Shown piece after piece: positions 42,212-49,560 of a stretch of DNA of 64,000 bases. The position numbers and the translations under genes are program-made. The number at the start of each line of letters is the position of its first letter. Within the stretch, counting starts at the first letter, position 1. The notes under the pieces are model-generated. The model made no database searches, was not told the DNA's origin, and saw nothing but the letters and a program-made list of their open reading frames with translations. The stretch comes from Octopus vulgaris (taxonomy: Eukaryota): positions 33,790,001 to 33,854,000 of the forward strand of contig OX597817.1 in assembly GCA_951406725.2 (NCBI GenBank), written 5' to 3'.

Positions 42212-45200
42212 TTAAGTTTGAAAACAGACAGATCTAACAGATACAAATGTATCCATTAGTACTCTCCATTTGCAAACTTAATAATATTTGATATTTTATA
42301 TAATATATTAATTGAAGAAATATCTCTTCAAAATACAATTTACTAAATCAGTGTATCTAGGATGTCCTCATAGTAATTATATATATATCATCATTTAATG
42401 TCCATTTTCCATGCTGGAATGCGCTGGACAGTTTGACATGGAGCTGGCCAGCTGGGGAGCTCTTCAGACTCCAATTGTCAGTTGTGGCATGGTTTCTACA
42501 GCTGGCTGGCTGACCTTCCTAATGCCAACCACTTTGCAGAGTGTGTCAGGTGCTTTTTACATACCACCGGCACAGGCACATTTATGCAGCCCTAGCATAA
42601 GTGCATTTTTATGTGGCACCAGCCCAGAACAAGCTTGTACGTATGGACGACAGCGATTTTACTTAGCTTGACATGTCTTCTCAAGTACAGCAAATCCCAA
42701 CTTCTGGTACCATGCCATTTCCTCAGTGAGGCCCAGCATCTGAGATCCTTTCTCACCACTTCATCTGTCATCCTGGTTCTATCCCTTTCACAAGTTCCTT
42801 CCACAATTAGTGCTCAGCACTTCTTTATGCAGCTGTCCTCATCCATATGCATCACATGACCAAACCAGCACAGTCATCTCTCTTGCACATAACATCTGAT
42901 GCCTCTTATATCCAGATTTCCTCTTAAATCACTTACATCCTGTCTTGCATGCATACTGACATTACCCATCCAGCGGAACATGCTAGCTTCATTTCTTTCA
43001 AGCCTTTGCAAGTCCTCTGTAGTGAAAGCCCATGTTTCACTGTCATGTAGCATAACAGTACATACACAGGCATCATATAATCTGCCTTTCGCTCTGAAGG
43101 AGAGGCCCTTAGTTACCAACAAAAGTAGAAACTCCCAGAACTTCTTTCTCCACTGCTAACTTGGTCTGCTAGGTAACAAAAGTTATCTACAACTTCTAAT
43201 GATCTGTCTGAGCATTTGAGAGGGTCTATTGTCTGCACATTTTTAGTGCTTATTGTACCCACACATTCGCCACACACAAAGATTATTTTCTCTGTTAACC
43301 TTCTTATAATGCTGTTACACCTCTCATATATCCAAAGCTTGCACTAGGTTGTCTGTCTAAAGCTTATATTGTCATCACTTAAAATCTGTTTTCCATACTG
43401 CCACAGGTTGGACAGTTTAACAGAAGCTGGCAAGCCAGAGAACTGCATCAGGCTCCAATTGTCTGTTTTGGTAAGGTTTCTATGGCTGGATGCTCTTCCT
43501 AATGCCAACCACTCTACAGAGTGTACTAGGTGCATTTTACGTGGCATTGGCACATGTGCTTTTTACATGGCTGCATGGTTAAACAGTTTACTTTGCAAAC
43601 ATTTCCAGCTTCACCAATCTCTTAAATTTCTTCTATGTCTCAATTCAACCAATAATTTGTTGAACTTGAAAAAAAAAGACTGTCGTGTGTGTGTGTATGT
43701 GTGTGCGCATGCATGCATGCATGCATGCATGTGAATGTGCAAAAGTGTTGATGCTTCATAGCTTCACTAAAGCAAGTCAGTGACTGATGTTTATATTCCT
43801 TTTTGGCATACTGAGTGGGAGCTTTGAACCTTCAAAGACCTGTGGAATGAAAAAAAAAAGACCCTCATCTCAAGTTGCAGCAAGAGTAACCAGCAATAAA
43901 ATGCTACCTCTTATAACTCTTCATCCACCTTAGGCTAGCATGGAAAAACACATTAAACAGTGTGGGTATTTGCATTTACTTCTGCCTGAAAATCAATGTT
44001 GTATATGTCTCAAACTGAGCAGTTTGACAAATAGAGATTGATAAAAATTAATGGAGACAACATATCAATTAAAACCTTTGAAGGCTATGTGTGCTTCAGT
44101 GTGACTACAGCCCAATAAAAGAAATCAGTTGAAGAACATACATACATATAAATCTACATATATATATCATCATATATACAGTATATAAATATATATATAT
44201 ACAATTGCAGCGTGGAAGGTGTTTGTCAGCCATTTAAGAAACACACAAAAGCCGTTCGATTCACTTCAACATTTAAGTTTAATTTGTCAAAATATTTTCG
44301 TCGCTAAAATCCGCAACCTGTTCACTGACAAAAATTTTTGTCAGTGAACAGGTAGCGGATTTTAACGACGAAAATATTTTGACAAATTAAACTTAAATGT
44401 TGAAGTGAATCGAACGGCTTTTGTGTGTTTCTTAAATGGCTTACAAACACCTTCCACACTGCAATTGTTTTCATTCCAGCTCACGATCTCAGATCAAATC
44501 ACTTGCTATGCAAGTACATCTCCGTAATATATACATATATATATTTAAGGCACATGGCTTAGTGGTTAGAGCATCGGGCTCACAATATCTAGGTGCTATC
44601 TCATGGTCATTCATGACAGAAGGGGCTCTTTTTATCATTTAGCACACACACTGGCTCTGTCCACTATGCTATGAAATCAAGAGCTGATATCATAAAGGTA
44701 CAACCCACTGTTGTAAGTTGCAGAAACACTGTATGAATTAATATTTGGTTCAAGAGGTCAAATCCTTTGACAGAAAAACTCACCTCAACCAATGATATTA
44801 GCACAACATCAATATATAGGCGCAGGAGTGGCTGTGTGGTAAGTAGCTTGCTAACCAACCACATGGTTCCGGGTTCAGTCCCACTGCGTGGCATCTTGGG
44901 CGAGTGTCTTCTGCTATAGCCCCAGGCCGACCAATGCCTTGTGAGTGGATTTGGTAGATGGAAACTGAAAGAAGCCTGTCGTATATATATATATATATAT
45001 GTGTGTGTTTGTGTGTCTGTGTTTGTCCCCCTAGCATCGCTTGACAACCGATGCTGGTGTGTTTACGTCCCCGTCACTTAGCGGTTCGGCAAAAAAGAGA
45101 CCGATAGAATAAGTACTGGGCTTACAAAGAATAAGTCCCAGGGTCGAGTTGCTCGATTAAAGGCGGTGCTCCAGCATGGCCGCAGTCAAATGACTGAAAC

Positions 45201-48200
45201 AAGTAAAAGAGAAAAAAAAAAAAAAGAGAAAGAGAAAAAAAAGAGAGAAAAATATGCTTAATCTCAGTAAATGAATGAAATGGCATCTAGCTTTTTCACT
45301 GTTCACCAGATTAAAGGATGTGAAACTCTGCCAAATACTATCACCTATATCGATGTGAATTAACTGATCAAGTATTTTAAAGAAAAAAAATAAATAAATG
45401 ATGCCTATGGCCACGTGTAATACAGAGGTTATGATACCCATATTGAATTTCAGTTGGATATAATTGAAAACTTTGATGACCTGGTCCTCATTGCAGAATC
45501 TGCAAAAGGTATACAGAGAAAAGTTCCAATGTTCTATAGTTCAAAGGTTGACTTTTCAGCCCAACAAAGATTAAACTTCTAAAGAGTGCAATATTTGAGA
45601 AGTAATCTTGATCGGAATTTATAAAAAGCACAGAAAAGTACTCAAAATTGTGCGTTTAGTGCAAATATAAAACATAATCACTCCACATATCACCAAAAAA
45701 ATATCATACACACTCTCCACTTCGATATGAAATTTAAGGTCAGGAAATACTTCAGCCCCACCACACTAATGTGGGTCACACCTGAGCTTTATAGCTCATG
45801 TAAGATCAGGGCCAGATTAAGACCCATAGAGGCCTAAAGTACTTAAAAGATTTTGGCACTCCTATATATATGTAATTCAAAATATAAACAATAATAAATC
45901 ATAAAATAAATTTTTATTTTTCAAAACGAAACAAAATTAACAGTAAGAAGGAAAACTATATTCATTTTTGTATACTTCCACTTTATTTATATCGGAAGTT
46001 TTCTCTTATTTTTGCAAATGCAATCTTTGATCAGACCCTCATTATGACATCATGAATACTTCGAAATTATATTTCCAATCATATAAGAGACTGAGAAGAA
46101 ATGCTATTATAAGAAGTTGTTGAATAAGGAGAATGCATAGGAGATATACAGTCAACTTCAAGGAGACCCTGCTTTTGAAATCGATAGCTATATGGTTGAA
46201 ATCATTATTCAGGACCATCATGCTGAGATGCTGAACGAATCAAGTGAAGAAGAACACGCACTAATTATTCATGTAATCATTCATGTGGTACAAGAAGAGG
46301 TCACTGCCAGTGACTGGTATAGCTGTACGGTTAGTTTCACATAGGATAAAGGAGATGTCCTAGAAAGAAGCAACTATGGACCAACTAATTAAAAAGAAAA
46401 TTAAATTAGATTAGATGAAGTTCAAGGTTTGTGCCAGAATAGGGTACCAGCTACTAAAACACTCTTCTTGGTGAAACAACTACAGGAAAAAGTTCTTTGT
46501 TCCTTTCTCGAGCCATGCCTGGCTCACAAGGGCCGGTTTCCCGGTTTCTTTGGCATATAGGTTCCTCACCTGGATGGGACGCTGGCCCGTCACAGGTGAG
46601 CCACAAAATGCAGGAAGAAAGAGTGAGAGAAAGTTGTGGCGAAAAAGTCAGCAGAAGTTTGCCATTACCTTCTGCCGGAGTCGTGTGGAGCTTAGGTGTT
46701 TTGCTCATAAACACACACATCGCCCAGTCTGAGATTTGAACCCGTGATCCCTCGACCGTGAGTCCGCTGCTCTAACCACTAGCCCATATGCCTCCACAAA
46801 AAGTTATTTGCATAGAGAAAATCACTATACATAGCATCTGTTAACCTGGAGAAAACATTTGACAAAGTATATTGCTATGTAGTTACTATAGTCATATGAT
46901 GGAATATCATACCCTGTAATATGGATAGATGATTGTGTTTTTACCAGTGAGAACCATGCAAATCATGTATAGAGATATAATCAGCAAGTTGAAAATTAAC
47001 AAGTTCAGTAAGTCATTTAGCATGTAATAGGTGACCATCAGGGCTCAGTCCTCAACTCCATCCTGTTTATTGTAGTTCTCCAAACCATAATAGAGTATTT
47101 TAAGATCAGCTGTCTAAATTCAGAGAAACTCCACTCTAGGAAGAAGCACCGATCTAAAAATTTTTTCAAATGTTTGCAAGGTTCTCTTGTAGCAGATAAT
47201 AATTTCTGTTGCCTAATTAGCAGAGGGGATTATTTTGAAAGTATAGTAGCCAGAGTAAAAAATGCAAAGAAAATATTTAGATTGGCACAGGCGTGGCTGA
47301 GTGGTAAGAAGCTTGCTCCTCAACTACATGGTTCTGGGTTCAGTCCCACTGCATGGTACCTTGGGCAAGTGTCTACCACTATAGCTTTATGAGTGGATTT
47401 GGTAGACAGAAACTGAAAAGAAGCCCATCAAGTGTGTGTGTAAGTTTGTCGTTCCCACCGCCGTGGCTTGACAACCGATATTGGTGTGTTGACGTCCCCG
47501 TAACTTAGCGGTTAGGTAAAACAGACTGATAGAATAAGTACCAGGCTTACAAAGAATAAGCCCTGAGGTCGATTTCTTTGACTAAAAGACGGTGTTCCAG
47601 CATGGCCGCAGCCAAATGAGTGAAACAAGTAATAGGATAAAAGAATAGTGATTACCCCTGCTGACATCAAAAAGATTCCTTCAGTGGGTGAAGGACAGAT
47701 TCTACAATGCTTGTGTACGAAATGTAATGTTGCATGGTAGTGAAACACAGTCATCGGGTGTGCAGACTGGAATGAATTAAGGCAAACATGCTCCACAGGA
47801 TATGTAATGCTAGCGTGCTTGAATGATGGAGCACGAATGGACTGAGATAAATGGAGTGTAAAAGAAATAAGAGAACTGAAGTGGAATCGGCATGCGAGGG
47901 GCACGGGAGATGACAACTGGGTTAAGAAGGGCTAAACGACCCAGTGGAAGGTACTTGCGAAAGATCAAAGAAGATATAGGAAGAGGCGGTGAATGTTAAT
48001 CCCAGGGGGTTGAACCAGAGAAGATGATAAAAGATTGTAACAAGTGACGAGACACTGAGCTGAAGAAGATGTGTGCAAACCAAGCAAGAACGAAAAATGG
48101 ATGGATTGACGACAACAATGATGATGATGATGATGGTGATGAAGCAGAAGAAAGTGATGTTGATGGTGGTGATTAAATTCTTGTAGAGAAAGTTCACCGA

Positions 48201-49243
48201 AGAACGGTGGACAAATAACAAGTTCACTGTACTTTGATCAGTAGCAACTGGTGTTTTACAAAATAAATTTACGGAAATATTTTAGTAAAAGTTTCTTAAG
48301 AACTAGGCAAGCGGGGGATGGGGAATTTGCGTGCTAGAAGTTTACTAACATTTATTGAGCATCGGTGTATTGTATGGAATAAATGAAACTAGATGAACCA
48401 AGGAAGTATTAATGCTATTTAGTATATGACTTTAAAGGCAAACATGCCGTCGGTTTTATCTTATCTTCAACCAGATTCTCCTTGATCTAATCAGTGTGCG
48501 TGTTATATTGGATTACAGAATTCGTAATCAGCATGTTGGTGGAATACTTGAGTAATAAGAAAAACCGGGATCTTGATATGAAGAAAACAGGCTTAGTGAC
48601 TTGTGAAGAAATAAGACATTCTACTGAAGTTCACGTTGTGTTTTACAAATGCCTTGTCACATAATTTAAGAATGTGAAGACAAATCTGGGACGCTGCACA
48701 AAAATTGATGAAAAGTTGCTGATAATTACTTAAGACGGGTACAAGTGACATTTAGATAGCAGAGAAATGACCATCGACCGGGTTTTTATTTACCAAACCG
48801 ACAGGAGTAGGTAGGTGCATAGGAACTCCAAAGTCAGCAAGTGGATCTATCGCTCGATAAAATGCAACGTGTAAATTGAAGAGATACATAACCAGTAAAG
48901 AACTAATTAAGGGAAATCAAGACGTATAAGGAAAGTAATTAAATTTCGGTTCTTTAGGACATGAGTATGTGTGTTTGTGTGTGTGTGTGTCTGTCTGCGC
49001 GCGCGCGCGTGAAAGTGCAATGTCCATTCTTAAAATCACACACATACAAGATATTTTGATATGCAAATGAAGCTTTAGAAATATAATAATAATTAATGAT
49101 GCTTTCAAGCATTAGACTTCCAAAAAAAGAAAAAAAAAATTTTTTAGAAAACAAAAATCGAAGTTGAAGAAAAAAACTCTTACCGTCACAAAGAAAATCA
49201 AGATGAGTGGTGCTAAACGCATGTTTGCCAAAGTAATTGCCAT
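2219..49243 (-). CDS. PDIA5: Protein disulfide-isomerase A5 (PDIA5/PDIR) orthologue, 5' part (coding exons 1-8; 3' exons lie left of the window)
   Basis: Exons 49184-49243, 21078-21201, 16769-16856, 15431-15496, 11804-11849, 9550-9642, 5663-5723 and 2219-2286 have GT-AG boundaries and compatible phases. They give [202 protein letters not shown]. The motifs [28 protein letters not shown] and MFYAPWCxxC are characteristic of the PDIA5 N-terminal b-type domain plus first a domain. Confidence 0.95.
3442..3783 (-). mobile_element. RTE-3'-end-type repeat (family A, (GAT)n tail) with internal ~57-bp tandem units
   Basis: catcatcatcgtttaatgtccgctttccatgctagc...; about 19 copies in the window, e.g. 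10340-10666, 11133-11460, 14139-14320, 14585-14727, 19870-20597, 22421-22599, 26390-27280, 32356-32691, 34244-34535, 36273-36713. Confidence 0.85.
4133..4223. repeat. (GT)n microsatellite
   Basis: Direct reading. Confidence 0.95.
4467..4695. mobile_element. piggyBac-type MITE (TTAA TSD)
   Basis: TTAA|CCCTTTAGCATT...AATGCTAAAGGG|TTAA; related copies at 25393-25610, 33792-34018 and 36751-36981. Confidence 0.85.
5663..5723 (-). CDS. PDIA5: PDIA5 exon 7 (61 nt, [20 protein letters not shown])
   Basis: Acceptor ttttgtttcag, donor T|gtaagt; MFYAP precedes the split Trp codon. Confidence 0.95.
6598..6966 (-). mobile_element. tRNA-derived SINE with CORE-like domain (family G)
   Basis: Reverse complement of ggcgcaggagtggctgtgtggtaag...caccttgggcaagtgtcttct...tgactgaaacaagtaaaaga; about 13 copies in the window. 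Confidence 0.8.
9550..9642 (-). CDS. PDIA5: PDIA5 exon 6 (93 nt, [31 protein letters not shown])
   Basis: Acceptor ccttttcag, donor CAG|gttaga, DPxGDxPWxED linker motif. Confidence 0.95.
11804..11849 (-). CDS. PDIA5: PDIA5 exon 5 (46 nt, [15 protein letters not shown])
   Basis: Acceptor ttttatcag, donor AAA|gtaagt, DGxFxxxYDR motif. Confidence 0.95.
12021..12521. mobile_element. Tc1/pogo-type MITE
   Basis: TIR TACCATAAATCCTCGAGTATA ... TATACTCGAGGATTTATGGTA including TA flanks; no ORF. Confidence 0.85.
12830..13460 (-). mobile_element. Family G SINE with a nested family B SINE (about 13060-13290)
   Basis: G-family sequence resumes after the B-family insert. Confidence 0.75.
13480..14100 (+). 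mobile_element. Decayed LINE 3' ORF fragment (CR1/Jockey-like)
   Basis: Reads KTRKYFTHKQLLTIYKAQ...NYCSHIWNNA, resembling the non-LTR post-RT motif lYk..irP.leYcs.vW. Confidence 0.5.
14819..15120. repeat. Long inverted repeat: 130-bp arms, 42-bp T-rich loop
   Basis: 14819-14948 versus the reverse complement of 14991-15120 shows 6 mismatches by manual alignment. Confidence 0.95.
15431..15496 (-). CDS. PDIA5: PDIA5 exon 4 (66 nt, [21 protein letters not shown])
   Basis: Acceptor attttag, donor CA|gtaagt, KKLCKKLK and LKHY motifs. Confidence 0.95.
16769..16856 (-). CDS. PDIA5: PDIA5 exon 3 (88 nt, ...[15 protein letters not shown])
   Basis: Acceptor ttttttttcag, donor AG|gtaatc, phases 1/2 fit neighbouring exons. 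Confidence 0.95.
17070..18716 (+). mobile_element. Full-length decayed mariner (DD34D) transposon with transposase pseudogene and nested SINE fragment
   Basis: TIRs ttgggccatcccataaataatgtg / cacattatttatgagatgacccaa with TA flanks. Motifs WIPYKLS (WVPHEL-like), IVTGVEK (IVTGDEKW-like), HQDNARPH and HPPYLLDIAPSDYHLFRSL; stops and frameshifts present. Confidence 0.93.
19014..19243. mobile_element. piggyBac-type MITE, second family (TTAA TSD)
   Basis: TTAA|CCCTTTCG...CGAAAGGG|TTAA. Confidence 0.85.
19340..19429. repeat. 23-bp minisatellite x4 (gtaccaatcccatggcacttgat) inside a dispersed repeat also seen at about 8640-8850
   Basis: taccaat recurs at 19341, 19364, 19387 and 19410. The flank ttgcaccaga.caataca....tgaaggacaagag is shared with 8762-8795. 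Confidence 0.85.
21078..21201 (-). CDS. PDIA5: PDIA5 exon 2 (124 nt, TCVAVAAS...[20 protein letters not shown])
   Basis: Acceptor tttctttctag, donor G|gtatag, open frame with conserved KKLLRT motif. Confidence 0.95.
24075..24195. repeat. Compound (CT)n(CA)n(CTAT)n microsatellite
   Basis: Direct reading. Confidence 0.95.
24197..25330 (-). mobile_element. Penelope-like retroelement fragment (N-terminal ORF region, decayed)
   Basis: Minus-strand INLLKKPLTDTQIEILSKGLRFAPTP and KEIGSTVAIMDTKYYKDLV resemble the PLE motifs NLS..LT..E..LL.KGL.F.P and KADKG..VVIMD..Y. Preceded by a low-complexity N/T/P/Q region. Confidence 0.8.
27540..28703 (-). mobile_element. Head-to-tail cluster of about 5 family B (Meta-like) SINEs separated by (AAT)n
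   Basis: Repeated ggtttcaaattttg...gaaaggatgaaaggcaaagt...gaatttgaactcagaa units. Confidence 0.9.
28728..29360 (+). mobile_element. 3' ends of an R4/Dong-like (restriction-like endonuclease) LINE, two copies with (AAT)n tails
   Basis: KEMEKLSKYKDLEIEVTRM*NLKTETIPIIVGVLG and IALLGTAHILRRTLS are typical of the REL-domain C-terminus. Confidence 0.75.
30377..30783 (+). mobile_element. Family G SINE, full length
   Basis: tRNA-like head, CORE-like box, internal (TA/TG)n, tail gaaacaaggtaaaagag. Similar copies at 31690-32135, 39315-39743(-), 47284-47645 and 51497-52188(-). Confidence 0.85.
32965..33301 (+). mobile_element. tRNA-derived SINE (family D head) nested in a family G SINE, 11-bp TSD
   Basis: aacttagcagt at 32954-32964 and 33302-33312; a second copy lies at 35128-35442 (-). 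Confidence 0.9.
34620..35120 (+). mobile_element. Decayed RTE LINE 3' fragment
   Basis: Remnants resembling FLYGCKTW, WNWLGHILR and ALCASWH. Confidence 0.6.
37102..37500 (+). mobile_element. tRNA(Arg)-like-headed SINE (family C) with (CAAA)n tail, CpG-rich
   Basis: gcgcaatggcccagttgttagggcagcagactcgcggtcggaggatcgcggtttc head, shared with 46497-46796(-), 51776-52078(-) and 62484-62865. Confidence 0.8.
40180..40845 (+). mobile_element. 5'-truncated RTE-clade LINE 3' end with an open ~220-aa frame, inserted in (TA)n
   Basis: EEVKEYVYLGQ, MLYGSETW, AQRAMERSMLG, KFRWAGHI and RPLRRP motifs; flanked by TA repeats on both sides. Confidence 0.92.
42388..43350 (-). mobile_element. RTE LINE 3' portion ending in the family A repeat
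   Basis: LLVTKGLSFRAKGRLYDACVCTVMLHDSETW...ERNEASMFRWM runs directly into family A sequence and the (GAT) tail. Confidence 0.88.
44201..44468. repeat. 268-bp loopless palindrome
   Basis: Centre aaaaa|ttttt at 44334/44335; 134-bp arms with 4 mismatches by manual alignment. Confidence 0.95.
44819..45211 (+). mobile_element. Family G SINE, young CpG-intact copy
   Basis: Complete head-CORE-tail structure with A-rich end. Confidence 0.9.
45807..46080. mobile_element. hAT-like element terminus
   Basis: Starts cagggccagattaagaccc; the other end was not identified. Confidence 0.35.
46280..48110 (+). mobile_element. Fragmented RTE LINE interrupted by family C and G SINEs
   Basis: Remnants VNLEKTFDKV (resembles VDLEKAFD), HQGSVLNSILFIVVL and VMLHGSET. 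Confidence 0.65.
49184..49243 (-). CDS. PDIA5: PDIA5 coding exon 1 (start codon, signal peptide [20 protein letters not shown])
   Basis: atcATGG start context, hydrophobic stretch, and phase-0 donor ACG|gtaaga matching the phase-0 acceptor of exon 2. It lies just downstream of a CpG-rich promoter. Confidence 0.85.
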
Positions 49244-49329
49244 GATGATATATATTCAAATTGGGAGGGAAAAAAAAGAAACTCCTAGATGTCCGGTTGT
49301 TGCAACTCAGATTGTCTTAATGAAATGCC

Positions 49330-49560
49330 TATGTAAACATTACAGGAGGAGAAAAATGCGGAGAGGGGCCCCCAACTAGTAACGTTGCGCCAGTGCCCAG
49401 TAGTAGTATATATCGAGCGTATTTAGTCTGCTTATTGGTGAATGAAGCGTCACTATTCAAACAGCTTGGCCACGTTAATGCGCAGGCGCACTGCTTATGA
49501 CACGTCACGCCTTAATGAAGAATCGCTTTGCGCGAAACTACGTTACACGTAGTTGACACG
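49330..49560 (-). promoter_or_regulatory. CpG-rich proximal promoter of PDIA5
   Basis: Dense CpG in otherwise AT-rich DNA 90-320 bp upstream of the ATG. Motifs: CCAAT (49434-49438, minus), GCCACGT (49469-49475), NRF1-like TGCGCAGGCGCA (49479-49490), TGACACGTCA (49498-49507), E2F-like TTTGCGCGAAA (49527-49537). Confidence 0.7.
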
